A program made the position numbers and the translations under genes. DNA of 63,941 nucleotides, the filler included, from Reticulomyxa filosa (Eukaryota; Protista; Foraminifera), in assembly GCA_000512085.1 (NCBI GenBank). It is 21 parts of 21 records of this genome, joined end to end, with 100 filler letters (N's around TTAATTAATTAA, not from the genome) between each part and the next. Parts side by side here need not be neighbours in the genome. Positions count along the whole stretch, not along the records: positions 46,548 to 47,563 come from ASPP01003690.1; positions 47,664 to 48,899 come from ASPP01000254.1; positions 49,000 to 50,220 come from ASPP01046770.1; positions 50,321 to 51,562 come from ASPP01014253.1; positions 51,663 to 56,258 come from ASPP01025909.1; positions 56,359 to 58,893 come from ASPP01007824.1; positions 58,994 to 60,357 come from ASPP01026453.1; positions 60,458 to 63,941 come from ASPP01004734.1; 13 more parts are not named here. The stretch is one strand, 5' to 3'. The first letter of the stretch is position 1; the number at the start of each line of letters is the position of its first letter. Positions 46,708 through 60,646 of the stretch are shown in pieces. The notes under the pieces were generated by a model. It was not told the DNA's origin. It did not search any database and saw only the letters and a list, made by a program, of their open reading frames with translations.

Positions 46708-49700
46708 TACTTTGTTTTAAAAAAAAATTATATTTGATAAAAATCACAAGTATTCCAATTTTTATTTAACCGTTTTACGGATGCGCAACACATAAATCTC
46801 CTATTTAAAATGTAAATCACATGATCATCATTATTGAATGGTAGCAAGTTAGACTTTTTGCACTTTTTTTCATCGGTCAACATGTTCTTTTCTCAAGAAT
46901 ATAAATTCAGGATTCAAATTCAACTTTATCTATCATTGAAAAATTTAAATAATATTTCTTTTGTTTGTGTGCTTATTTTTATTATTTTACTAATGTTAAA
47001 AATTTGAAATTATCTATTTAACCAATTTATTTGGCATACAAAACTAAAATCATTTACTCTATCTCTTTCTCATATAGCAAAACAAACTTGAATTAATAAC
47101 ATAAATTGGCATCAGCCTTACAAAAAAATATCAAAAAAAAACAAGCTAAAATTCCTTTTTATTAACCAAAAAAAATGTTACTTCATTTTTTACAGCAGTG
47201 GTCGTGGAACATGACGTTCAGGGGACATAATTTCGAATTTTTTTGACCTTGTTTGAAGTATTTGAAAATTTGGTGAAGCGCCATAATATAGATAAAGCAA
47301 GTGGTTTGGGAATTGTTGAGGAAATAGCAAAATTATCATGGAAACCGAAAAGGTTTTGTGTATGGAGTGTATTTGCTGTCTCTGTTTCAGAAAAGTAAAA
47401 CAAAAAAAAAAACAATAAAACAAAACAATGAAATTTCCAAGAGATGGAAGGAGCTCTTGGAAAGTTTCAAAAAAAGGGCTGGAGTGGACCTGCGTGCGAA
47501 TTGCCGCCTATGCTTTATAGTTTATATGTGTATAAAATAAAAGCATGCAACGCTTTGCAAATGNNNNNNNNNNNNNNNNNNNNNNNNNNNNNNNNNNNNN
47601 NNNNNNNTTAATTAATTAANNNNNNNNNNNNNNNNNNNNNNNNNNNNNNNNNNNNNNNNNNNNAAGGATTTTTTTTTTTTTTTGGTACAAGCATTGCAAT
47701 ACATTCACAACAAATACAATTCAGAAACATACAACTATCCAATCGCGGAGTGCCAGAAGATAATGAAAGACTTGGGAGAGAACGGAGTAGATGATTACTG
47801 ATGATGAGTAGTCGGACACCTTCACGCCTCTGCAAAAGATTAAAAAAAATGCCATGTATCAGGCATGTTATTGAATGATAGTGATGAATGTAAATATCTT
47901 CGTCTCACTCCAGTGGAAGCTGTAATCGATGTCCTTCTTCTTTGGTCTAAATCCTTCTTACAATAAACAGATATGGGGCCGCTTCTGATGAAAAAAAAAT
48001 CTAATATATCCTCTTCGTCATTAATATTAACTTTTCTTAAAAAGTTGTATTTTGAAAGAGATTGCTCAAGATACCTCGACATCTCTTAAATTTTGAAGGA
48101 GAAAATTTTTAACTAGTATAGTAATATAAAATTTTTTAATAGTAATTTGGATTTTGTGATATTGTGGCTGGAGTGTGACTTTAAACTATTTTGTTACCCT
48201 TTGGCAACATTTTTTTGTTGAAGTTCATTTTTGGGGGCTTCGTCGGTTCAGCATCTAGTGTGTGACTGTGAATTGGAAGTGCTTTTAAACTTACCTCGTA
48301 TCTTGTCATCAGTAAAGCGATGATAAAATCAAAAAGATATTGGAAGATTATGGATCAAATACAGTAAGTTAAAGATTCCATTATTTGCCTCTAGAATGCT
48401 AATTCCCCAAAAGCGTGAACACTCTTAAGGCTAAACAAGGATTGATACCCTCTCACAAGCCCGTTTCCAGTAAAAGAGTTACTATCTCAGTTACCAGGAG
48501 TTTGCACGGTACACTTAAGCACGGAGAAGCAGGGCATATTTATTCACTTCAGGATTAGTCGCTGCTTCTTCACGCTTTTTCTTTTGTTCAGAAGCAAATG
48601 TCTTACGATAAATGTTACATCTTAGCTTCTTTACAATTCTTTGTTTTTTTTTTGTTTTTTTTTAGAGGGAGAAAGTTGTATTGTCGAAATTCAAAAAGAA
48701 ATAACACCATAAACAAGCACCTCACTCACACGGAATACAGTACTAAGAATACAATGTCTTACAAAGTAATCAATAAACAACAAATTGCATGTTTCATGCA
48801 AAATCCTTAAACAACCAAAGGGGAAAAGACCAACAGTAAAATAAATTTCAATATCAAAATTTGTAAAACAAGTGAAAACATAAAAACAATAATCAAAAAN
48901 NNNNNNNNNNNNNNNNNNNNNNNNNNNNNNNNNNNNNNNNNNNTTAATTAATTAANNNNNNNNNNNNNNNNNNNNNNNNNNNNNNNNNNNNNNNNNNNNT
49001 GTATTATAATTGGATAAAAGCGAAATTTATGGGTTTACATGAGTCAATGTAATGTCAAGTCATCATAATGACTTCTATGAAAGAAAAAAATATAAATTAA
49101 TGAATACGTTATCAAAGAGAAACTTTGCTTAACAAAAATAAAAAAAATTATTATATAATCTCGTTATTTTGCAGAATTATAATAAAATTGATTTGGGAAT
49201 ATCCACTTGATTTTTTGCTCGTTATCTATATTACATGAATTAACAGTATTTTATAATAAAGTTATATTATGACTTTTTTCAATTACATTGTCGAAGATTA
49301 TGATACGTAAATTACATAAAACTAGTATGTGTTCGCTGCAGATTGGACCAGCTTACATATCTAATTATTAATTACATTCATTGCAATGAATTTTCATATT
49401 AAGTAGCATGATTATAACAAAGCTGCAATCATGACTATTTCAAAATTTTTTTTTTGTTATTACATTAACTACAAATAAAATATCATAGCAACGAAATTTA
49501 AATATATAAAAAAACTTCATGTCGAAAAAAAAATTGTCTGCTGGTAGAAAAAAAATGATGTTATTGCAAGTACATTACAACCATTACCAGATGGCAAATG
49601 AAGTATTATTTTGGAAAACAAAAGATGATCGATATTTGTTGAAACAATACAATGTCAATTATTGTAATTTTTTTGCTTGTGTATCTACATTATATTAACA

Positions 49701-50349
49701 TTATCTATTTAATGAATGCATAGCAAGTATTTTGATAAATATTTATAAAAGTAACATGAAAAATGGTGACTCAATTTGAATGAATTATATATTGGTTTTG
49801 GCAACAGATGGAAATGTGATAGAATTAAAGCTAAATACAAACTTTATTATCATAAACATGCTATTGAATCGATATGCACGCAACTGTTAACGCAGCAACA
49901 TCAATCGACGCAACAATATGAAGAATCGATTCAACGACATCAACCTTTGAGTCAACAAATTAAAGAGTTAAAGATCAAAATGAACAGTTGACTCTAAATG
50001 ATTCAGTAGCCTGCAATAGATAAATCTGCGAGCTCTGGCCATGCTGTAGATATAAATAAAATAGATTTTCTATTACATGCACCTTCGGACAGCGGATGAT
50101 AGGAGCTTTAAATAATAGTATTAGTGCATTGCAAAATCTTGGCGTTGACATATTATGCAGTAGTCAACTTTCGTTCCCAGACCATATAGCTTTGTCATAG
50201 AAGAAATTATGCTACAAAATNNNNNNNNNNNNNNNNNNNNNNNNNNNNNNNNNNNNNNNNNNNNTTAATTAATTAANNNNNNNNNNNNNNNNNNNNNNNN
50301 NNNNNNNNNNNNNNNNNNNNTTTTTTTTGTTTTGGTTGAAAAAAAAAAA

Positions 50350-51520
50350 ACAACCACAAAGGATTCGCGAATATGAAGTAAGTTTTGATGCCCTGGTACT
50401 GCCAAGCGTGAACAACTTAGTCGAGACGGGGTTTCAACAATTTATGTATTTGCTGATATCAATCCACACGACAGAGCGTTTATTGGCAGTGAACTTAAGA
50501 CAAGGATGCGAGTTCTCTCTGGCGGGCAAGGAGCACACGTTTCAAGAGTATGTGAACGAGGAAAAAGGCGAGAGACAGTACGTAATAGTGTTGCCACCGT
50601 GCAAAGAGATAAGCAGCGGCAATTCGAACAACGAGAAAACAGGAGGAACAGGAGGAGGAGCCGGAGGAACTGGAGGAGGGGAGGGAGGGGATGGGACGAG
50701 TAGCAGCAGTAGTAGTAGTAGTAGTAGTAGTGGTAGTGGTCGTTACGAAAAAAAAAGTGGAGAAACCATTCCTCTTCCAGATACTCCTGGAGGCTCAATC
50801 GAAAATGCTATATGCACATATTATCTTGTCATTGAGTCGAGTGATGAACTAATCCAAAGTTTTGAAGAAAACGTCAACCAAATCATTTCCTTTAACATTC
50901 ATCAGCAATTGGGAATTCTGTTAGACTTTAATCACGGCAAGTTTGTCTTTCAGCCTAGTGATAGTCAAATTGCATTTTACAAATCCGTTGATAATGCAAA
51001 CGGGTATATTATTATTTCTTTTTATTATTGTTATCTTTTTTTTTTTTTTTTAAAAAAAAATCAAATAACAATCTTCTATTGTATAATACTTTTTTTTTTT
51101 TTTAATAAAAAAAAAAAAAAAAAAAGTGGGACCAGAAATGCGAAAACAAAGGTAACCGATGGGTTTTTAACATTGATTGAACGCGTTCTGTTTTCAGTGC
51201 ATCCGAATCTTCCTTTGAATGGCAGATCTCAACACTCAAGCACATCGAACAACGTGCTCTCTTCAAGAGAGCAAAGAAATGGCAACGACTCGATCAACCA
51301 CAACAGCGACAACAACAGTCTGGCAGTAGTGTACAGCGAATGCAGCTATTTCCAACTGTATGGAGTAAGACCGTCCAAGAACGATTTCCCGGTCGGAATC
51401 ATCTTTCAGTCTGAGGGCAGCTCTTTTGCGGCCACTTCGAGTTCTTTTTCCATCTCTCAATTCACTTCCGTTGCTGGCAGTCATGTCACCACTGAGGTTT
51501 CAAGGTTGGGCTCTCGTGTT
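50350..51520 (+). CDS. Hypothetical protein internal exons
   Basis: Long open frame with Gly/Ser tracts and an in-frame poly-T/A intron at about 51004-51126. Confidence 0.5.
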
Positions 51521-51524
51521 GTTT

Positions 51525-51562
<38 letters not shown>

Positions 51563-52430
51563 NNNNNNNNNNNNNNNNNNNNNNNNNNNNNNNNNNNNNN
51601 NNNNNNTTAATTAATTAANNNNNNNNNNNNNNNNNNNNNNNNNNNNNNNNNNNNNNNNNNNNATATGTTTTAGGCGTTCAGTTTTCTTTGCAACCTACTG
51701 TATCTTTACATGTTTTTAAATTAAATTAACTTGTGTTGGATAGATATGACAGTCATTGATTCTAACTGCATTTATATTTTTAATAAATGTCTTTATTTTT
51801 CTTTTATTACTTTGAAGTGATAATGTCAGATTTTTTCCTTAAAAAAAACTCGTGCAAAAATATTTTTCAGAGTCGACAAGAGTTTTTTGTGTGCTATTTA
51901 AATCCTTGTTTACATGGGATACCCCAAATTCCGCAAACAAAATCATTATACAGGAGTAGAATGTTATTTTGCAATTTATTGTGATAAGCCTTTCTAAATC
52001 TGTGTGCACTGTTGCTTTTAATAAGATTATTCTAAAGTAAATAATAAATTGCTTGAAAGCAATCATTATGTAAACCAAGGAACAACTATTGTGTATTCTT
52101 TTCCAGGCCTTGGATACAGTACAAAGTTTTTTCACAGAGAACTGTTTAAGGAACAAAAGACTTTTATTAGTCCTTTTTTTTTTTTGAAAATATAGTAAAT
52201 TTTTCCAAAAGAACCATAAAGTCAAAAAACAATGGAAAATGAAGAAGAATAGTCTCTTTTCTCAAGACATCCACAAATGAGGAATTCGTGTTTGTGTAGA
52301 AAGTATAGTGAGTAAAAACTTCAACTTTTGAGGGAGTCGAAGTAATAAGACGTTTACCTTGTGCAGTTCGGCTTCAGAAGATTTTTGGTTACTTATGTTA
52401 TTAATGTTGTTGAATTCTTTAAAAAAGGCT

Positions 52431-52645
52431 TTAGAAAATTATATTCAAAAGGAACAAAATCAAAAAATCACTTTCATGAATATAATAACCTCCAAATTTG
52501 CAATCATTATAGCCTAAAATAATTTTATTCCCATTTTGAGAAACATCTATATATCTCACATACGCAGAATTTTCGTTCAACATGTGTATGATCTTCTCCG
52601 ACTCTACGTCCCACAATTGAACCGTTCTATCTCTTGAACATAATA
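52431..52645 (-). pseudogene. WD40 repeat fragment
   Basis: CSRDRTVQLWDVESEKIIHML..YVRYIDVSQNGNKIILG. Confidence 0.6.
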
Positions 52646-52662
52646 TGCAAAAAAAAATAATA

Positions 52663-53867
52663 TTACTTAATATAGTTTAAAATAATTTTATTAAATTCAT
52701 CGATCCATCCTAATTTTATCTTTAAAACTCGAGTCCAATACTGAATAGTAATTTTTATAATTACCGACTGTGGGCTATCCCATACACGCAATCTTGTCTG
52801 CATGTGAGTTGATAATACTGTACTTTTATCACCTTGTCCTCCAATAAAGTGTATATTAGTGTTGTCTTCACTTAGTATTGCAACACAATTCTCTAATTGA
52901 ATGGGTAAATCGTTTTCAAATGTTATCCATTTGCGTTCTTGAATTGAATACTTGTGCACTGACTTTGAAATAATATTACCACCATTCCATCCACCAAAGA
53001 ATAAGATGACATCATTAATACACACATATGCATATCTAAATAATGATGCAATATCATCACAAACAGGCAATCGATGAACTTGAAAAGTGCTGTTTTCTTC
53101 ATCATATTCAATTGATAATCCTGTATTCTGTTTAAACAACAGCATTTGATAATTTTGTTTATTTGTTTTTTATTTGTTTTTATCATTTCTTGCCCTTGTC
53201 CATTTTCTGAATTTGATACAAAGCAATGATACAATATTCGATTATTAATTGGTAAATAATGATGTTTAATAAATTGAAATGTATTTAAATCAAACACACT
53301 AATATCACATCCATAAGTGATAAATAACAAATGACTATTGCTTCCACCAATCACTGCACGCACTCCTTCATAATTATCATGCTCTCTTCCAATGATAACT
53401 GAACGATTGTGATTGTTTGTGAAAGGAGTCCATTTATTGTAATTGTTTGATTTATTTAATTCCTTTGAGTGATTTATTTTATTGTCATTGTTATTGTTTT
53501 CATTACTCCAAATACTTACATATTTCATCATCAATGTATGCTTATATTTTCCACCAAAAGACAGCAAAGTGCTTTCGTTTCTGTCTTTACTGTTGCTATC
53601 TACCAGTTTCACTACACAGTGCCCATTTAATTTAACATCAATTGGATACTTACAGATAAACTTGTATTCATTGTTGATTGTATTATAAGAATAACAAGCT
53701 CTTTGTTGATAGCCTCCACAAATGAGGAGTTCGTGCTTGTGTGACACACATTGAGAGCGAGAAAATGGATTAGGCAAGGCCTTCAGAGTTTGAAAGAGGG
53801 TAATAAGAGACTGATTTTGTTCAGCTTGTCTTTCCGGAGATTTTTGTGCTGTATTTAGATTAGCCAT
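52663..53867 (-). CDS. Kelch-like beta-propeller protein (frameshift near 53150)
   Basis: FQTLKALPNPFSRSQCVSHKHELLICGG, AVIGG, ILFFGGWNG, IHFIGG; C-terminal IQYWTRVLKIKLGWIDEFNKII. Confidence 0.85.
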
Positions 53868-54249
53868 GTTGTTAATGTTGCTGAAGTTTTTAAAGTAGTT
53901 TTTAACTTTTTTAAAAAGGACTCTTTCAAGCATACAATAAAAAAGTATTTTACGTGGACATTTTTTATTTGGCTAATGAAACAAAAAAATTTCACAAAAT
54001 TGAATATTGAATAAAAAACTAATCAGTAATATCTTTGTTCAACATAAACAACGACAAAATATTGAATGAAGGGTTCAATTCATTTATTTGAAATAATGAA
54101 AAGGAATGGTGTTTTATAAAATGTGATAATATTGTTCGATTTATTTTAACTTTTACCGAATATTTTTGCAGTCCCTATTGAACTTGATAATCATTTTTCC
54201 ATCTTACGTCAAAAAACGATATAAAAGAAAAAAACGAAAAATTGAAAAC

Positions 54250-55614
54250 ATGGCCACTCCTGACAATGAAAAAAAAATTTCAACGCAACTAACAGCTGTA
54301 AGCTTCATTTCAATCTTTTAGAAAACAAGTAATCCTACGTTTTTTGTATGATTTGTGATTGAACCACAGTCAAAAGAAGAAGGAGAAGAGATCCAATTAA
54401 TTATTCAGCACTGGATTCGAATATTAAACATTAAATTAGGATGGATTCATGATTTTGACAAATTTGTTGTCAATTATGTATGTATTTTGTTTTTTAAATA
54501 TTTATTTGATGTCTTGTTCATAATTACGTTTATTAACACAGGCAACGTCCATATTCATGCTTGATACATTTCGTTCATCATCTAAATTATAAAGACATTC
54601 ACTGGACACACAAATTGGGTAAATAGTATTGATTATTCAACATTTGATGATAATCAATTCATTTGTTCTGGGTCAGAAGATAGTACAATTCGTGTATGGG
54701 ATATAGAAACATACAGACAAGTTCGATTATTTAATCAAAGTTCAAGTGTAAATTGTGTAAGATTTTCACCATATCATTATTATAACAATCACCGCCGTAA
54801 TGTCATTTGCTTTTCATCAGATGACAAAGCCATTCATTTTTATGATATTAAAGATAATCGGCAATTTCAAATATTCAATGGACATACAAATAGTGTTTTT
54901 GACATTGAATTCTCACCATTTAATGGTGGTAGATATTTGTGCTCTGGATCACGTGACAATACTATTTGTTTGTGGGATGTTGAAACATCCGAATCATTAT
55001 GTACTTTTAATGGACATGGAAATTGGGTTTGGTGTGTCGATTTTTCATCATTGCAAAGTAATAACAAAAATAATAGTATTAGTGGTAGTGGATATACGAT
55101 TTGTTCTGGGTCATCAGATTCAACTATTCGCATATGGGATATTGAAACAACCAAACAATTACTTGTACTTAATGGACATAAATATTCTGTATGGTGTATA
55201 AAATATGGGTCAAATGAATTAGGAAACAGTGGTGGTGCAAATACGATATTATCTGGATCAATGGATAGAAGCATTCGTTTATGGGACATTCGATCTGGTC
55301 AACAAATTCAAATTTTCAGTGAACATAAAGGTTATATTTATGCTGTTGAATATTCACCATTTATAGTAAAAAATATTGAAATTGGTGGTTGTTCAAATGT
55401 AATATGTTCTGGGTCAACTGATAATACAATTCGTTTTTGGGATATTCGATCAAATAAAAATGAATTGTATTTGATAAAAGCAAGCAATCAAGAAGAAAAT
55501 GGAATTAAATCTCTTAAATTTATACCATTGAAAAAAAAAGAACAGAAAAATAACAATAATGGTATCAATTTATGTTATGGTTCATTGAAAGGTCTTATTT
55601 GTATTTGGGGATAG
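54250..55614 (+). CDS. WD40-repeat protein (multi-exon, at least one frameshift near 54590)
   Basis: Repeated GH..W/V..ICSGS.D.TIR.WD units; N-terminal IQLIIQHWIRILNIKLGWIHDFDK. Confidence 0.9.
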
Positions 55615-56226
55615 TGTAACTCTTTTTGAGTGTACCAAAACAATTTGACAATTCACTGGAATTTTCTATTTCAAAGAAAATACGTTTTGATAGAGCATGC
55701 AAACTCTTTTCAACTATTGAAATGCAATTGCTAAACGAAACTGATTTCAGGACCAACCAAAAATGTGAAGGAATGGTCTTTTTTGATGAAACAGAAGCAA
55801 TTATTTGAAAAAACAGAAATGGGAATCAAATTATAAATCAACCCCACATTTATTCTTTTCTGTTTATATTTGAACATGTAAACTCCAACAAATAATTTGG
55901 TTGTTGTGAAGTTTTCACCACAAACAAAACAATATTTCCAAACTCTAGGTAAAAAAACCACCTCAAAAAAGACCAAATCAAAAAAAAGTAATCACCCAAA
56001 AAAAAAGTAAAATTTTCTATCAACATACATTGTGAAATATTAAAAGAAAAAAAATAAAATGGCAAGTTTGCCGCCATTTTCTGTAAACCATTTGAACAAA
56101 ATGTCAATGGGTGTGAATATAAATGCGTATAAATGTTGTCAAAGTAGTGTAATACAGTGTTAAAAATGTATGAAAAAACAGAGGCAACAAAAAACGGGGA
56201 AAAGATAGCAAAGTAGCCAAAGCAAG

Positions 56227-56258
<32 letters not shown>

Positions 56259-56458
56259 NNNNNNNNNNNNNNNNNNNNNNNNNNNNNNNNNNNNNNNNNN
56301 NNTTAATTAATTAANNNNNNNNNNNNNNNNNNNNNNNNNNNNNNNNNNNNNNNNNNNNAAAAAAAAAAAACAAACACAAGACCTTTAAACAAAAAAAAAA
56401 AATACGTATAAAATTGTATCACAATTGCAATGTACCTCCCCTCTTTTGCTTTCTTCAG

Positions 56459-57700
56459 GAAAGAGTGGAAGAAAACAGCGAAGCGATGGAACGGATAAAG
56501 AAAAAATTGATGGGAAAAACGAAAAGCAAAAAAAGCAAAAACATGAAAGGATTTGAAACGGAAAGCAAGTACGACAGCGAGGAAGAAGAGGAGAACGGAG
56601 GAACAAAGAAAGCACTGACATGCAACATTTGTGGACAAAGGTACGACACGAGCAGAGTATCGGCCATTCGATTGGCGAGATTATCAGTGGAAGATTTTGG
56701 GACGGAAGGCGAGTGGCACTGTCCTCAATGCGCGATCAAGCCTTTGGCCATTTATACTACGTGGATTTCGTTGTCGGAGTTGAGCACTCCAAAGGATAGC
56801 ATTTTGTGCGTTGCGCCGAAAACGCATCTACTGAAGCTGTGGGACGTACCACTTCTCAACTGCCAATTGCCCGGTGATTTCCACTGGGATATCCCATGGG
56901 TCATCCCCACCCACGTGTCTCCTGGCGACATTATCCTTTTCAATATCAAGACCGTTCATGCCGCATCCTTTAATGCCTCCAGTCCAAAGTGCTTTCGTGT
57001 CAGGTTTCGTCACTTGCAAAAAAAAATAATAAATTTGTATGTTTTTGAACGTTTTCAAACAAACAAATTTTACTTTGTTTATTTACATATACATACATAC
57101 ATACATATATGTATATACGTATACACACATGTATTTTTTTAAAAAAAATTTCTAAAGTTTTGATACTCGTCTACAATTGGTCCCTAGTGGTGGACTTGAC
57201 CCCAAATTGAATCGGCTCGCTAGTGTTGGTGAAAAGGTGGAAGATGATGCGGACAAGGGCAAGCGTGTGACGAGGAGGAAACGTCGCAGCAGCTACGCGC
57301 AACTTCAGTCCCAACATGTGTTGGAAAGTGAAGACGAAGGTGTTGATGAACAACAGCAACAGCAACAGCAACAACAACAACAACAACGAGACCAAATGGA
57401 TGTCGACAATAACGATGAAAATGCTGGTGATCAGACTAATGTTATCCCCCACGAAAAGGCTAATTCGTTTCACACTGCACTTGCTGATGAACACGGCAAA
57501 GGTGATCGCTTGTCTGCAAATCGCACAAAAGAAAATCCTTTCACTCGCTTTCAAGGTATTGTGTGTTCAAATTTTTTTTTGTTTATATCGCTGCTGCAGC
57601 TGATCGTGCGTGTGTGTGGACACAAACAACAACAGCAAGGGAACGCGAACAAGGTAACCAGGAAAATGTCACCTTGCGACGAAGTGAAAGATTGCGCCAA
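56459..57700 (+). CDS. PhyH-like 2OG-Fe(II) dioxygenase with an inserted Cys4/PHD-like finger (5' partial)
   Basis: YTTWISL..SILCVAPKTH, PGDIILFNIKTVHAASFNAS..RV/SFDTR, preceded by CNIC..WHCPQC. Confidence 0.6.
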
Positions 57701-58017
57701 AAAAACCTGTTCAGCAAATTTACTTGAATGTCGTTAAGTAATATTTGTGGTTAATACAAAGTGTTCCATTGCTGCGGTTGGGGAAATTATTTTGTCGTTT
57801 AGGATTTATTTTACTTGTACGACCTTTATTTACTATTTAACTCGATGTACAATTTGCTAAATTGCAATTGACTCTCTTTCAACCAATCTCAATTAAAATT
57901 GAATTAGATTATATAAATAACCAATTTGACTGCGTTGATTTTTCACTTTTCGCAGAAACGACAACAAAAAAAAACAAAGGGGAAAACAGTGCAAAAAAAT
58001 CCTAAATTTTGGAAAGC

Positions 58018-58820
58018 ATGCCGACAAAACGCAACAAAGCGACATCTGAAAAATCAGTCCCTCCGCCCAATCAACATGAAGAAAAAAAGAAAAATGTCAC
58101 CGAGATGATAGACCCGGTAAATACCCTTCCAAAAGTGTACGTGGTGATAGCGTTTGTGGTGGCGATTATTGCCTTTGTATTAATCCGGAACAAAGACTCT
58201 AATCAATATGTCAATAATTCACTGCCATTTGTGTCATCTCCATCAAGTAAACAGCATGTGTGTTATTGTAAACCATACATTAGAAATTTGTCAAGAAGCA
58301 AAAAAAAAAAAAAAAGAAAATTTATTGTTTAAAAGGGGACTTTTTTGTTTGGTTCAATTTTTAAAAAAAAAACAGATGAAAATAATAACGTAGAGACAAG
58401 TGGGTCGACTTGTAAAGGTACACTGTCGACATATTCATCAAAGTGTGATACAGAGAACTGGTTAAATCGCAATGGCAGTATCGAAGGGTATCACGTGTTA
58501 TGCGTGCGACAATTGGAAGGCGAGAAGACAGCCTTGGAAATTGAGTATTGGGTGAATGGACATACCGAAAGTGACGTTCATTCAAAGTACGTACTAAGCG
58601 ATCAAGACATGTCGTCGGTGACAAATCTGCGAGCAGTGTTGGAAGGCTTGCTGCAAATAAAGCAAACGGACACGGAAACAACAAAAACGGGATTTCAGCC
58701 TTGGCGAATGTTCACTCAATTCGGATATTCCATCACACAAAAAGATTACCTTACGGCTTTTCTTGGCACCGTTTTAGTATTTGAAGGAGGACAATTCATT
58801 TATCCGCCTATTGTAATTGG
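58018..58820 (+). CDS. Type II membrane protein, probable prolyl 4-hydroxylase N-terminal part
   Basis: TM VYVVIAFVVAIIAFVLI; GYHVLCV and W.MFT..G..I..VLVFEGGQFIYP..IG resemble the region preceding the catalytic domain in protist P4Hs. The catalytic domain is not in this contig. Confidence 0.45.
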
Positions 58821-58993
58821 TAAGGTCTTTATATAACATAGTATATGTGCACATATATGTGTAGATATAATTTGACTTGTTTTGTTTTTTTTTNNNNNNN
58901 NNNNNNNNNNNNNNNNNNNNNNNNNNNNNNNNNNNNNTTAATTAATTAANNNNNNNNNNNNNNNNNNNNNNNNNNNNNNNNNNNNNNNNNNNN

Positions 58994-60348
58994 TTTTCCA
59001 ATTGAATTTTTAGTGATTTTTTATAATATTCAATTGCATTATTATATTCTTCTTTGTTAGCATAAACAATTCCCAAATTATTGTATAAAATAGCAATATC
59101 AAGATGATCAGATCCCAACTTTTCCAATTGAATTTTTAGTGATTTTTTATAATATTCAATTGCTTTATCATATTCTCCTTTTTTTTTATGAGTAAATCCC
59201 AAATTGATGTATGAAATGACCATTTCATGATTATCATAACCCAATTTATCTAAATCAATTTTTAATGATTTTTCATAATATTCAATTGCTTTATCGTATT
59301 CTCCTTTATGATCATAAACAAGTCCCAAATTGTTATATAAAGTAGCAATTTCAAGATGATCAGATCCTAATTTGTCTAATTGGATTTTTGATGATGTATC
59401 ATAACATTCAATCGCTTTATCGTATTCTCCTTTGCTTTTATAAATAACTCCTAAATTATTGTGTAAAATATCAACACTGTGATGATCATACCCGAATTTA
59501 TCCAATCTAATTTTTAGTGATTTTTCATAATATTCAATTGATTTATCATATTCTTCTTTCCTTTCATAAGCATCTCCTAAATTGTTATATATAGTAGCAA
59601 CATCAGGATGATCAGATCCCAATTTATCCAATTTGATTTTCAATAATTTTTGAAAATATTCAATTGCCTTGTCATATTCTCCTTTCTTTTTATAAACAAA
59701 TCCCAAATCATTATATAAAGCAGCAACATCAGAATGATCATGCCCCAATTTATTTAAATCAATTGTTAATGATTTTTCATAATATTGAATTGCTTTATCA
59801 TATTCTCCTTTATTATCATAAATAAATCCTAAATTATTGTATAAAATAGAGACATCATAATAATCAAATCCTAATTTATCCAAATTAATTTTAGATGCCT
59901 TTTTATTATATTCAATTGATTTATCATGTTCTCCTTTGTTACTATATGCTTTAGCTAACCAAGTATAAGAATTATTAATATCAATATGATAATTATGTAA
60001 TATTTGTAATCTAACACAAAGTACAAAACGAAATAATTGAATTGCTTGATCAAAATTTTGAATATTGAATAAATATATTCCTAATTCCATTAATTTTTCT
60101 GTATTAATAGGCCAAGAACAAGTAAAAACAGGAGAATTAAAATGACAACGAATAATAGAATTATTTGTATAAATAAGTTGTTGAGTAATATCAAAATTTC
60201 CAATTGCATCAATAATACAATCAACAACATAAATACATCCATCAATTGTAATATTATCAAATATAATTTTTTTTGAATAAAAAGAATAAATAGAATATTT
60301 TCCAAATGTAAATATTTTTTTCATATGTTCAATTGAAGTAATCATCAT
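58994..60348 (-). CDS. TPR protein with 42-aa kinesin-light-chain-like (TPR_12) repeats, partial
   Basis: About 8 tandem 126-bp units: H.DVA..YNNLG.VY..KGEYDKAIEYYEKSLKI.LDKLG. Confidence 0.93.
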
Positions 60349-60646
60349 TGAAAAGGGNNNNNNNNNNNNNNNNNNNNNNNNNNNNNNNNNNNNNNNNNNN
60401 NTTAATTAATTAANNNNNNNNNNNNNNNNNNNNNNNNNNNNNNNNNNNNNNNNNNNNTTTTTTTTTTTTTTTTTTTTTAACGATTGAGGAAAATAAAAGG
60501 GAAGAGGAAAAAAATGGGGCATTGTTATGTTTTTTGTTGTATTAGTTCTTCTCCTCTCCCTCTTTTTGTTTTATGTATGCGATGTGTAAACGTTGCGCTT
60601 ATGCATCTTTGGCAATGTTACAAAAAAAAAAAAAAAAAAATGAATA

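Noticed and set aside
58994-59960. 126-bp periodic repeats as CRISPR or satellite
   Set aside because: They encode TPR units in one open frame.
7088-60457. Recurrent TTAATTAATTAA palindrome as a biological repeat
   Set aside because: It is always centred in exactly 100 nt with N padding; it is an artificial six-frame-stop contig linker.
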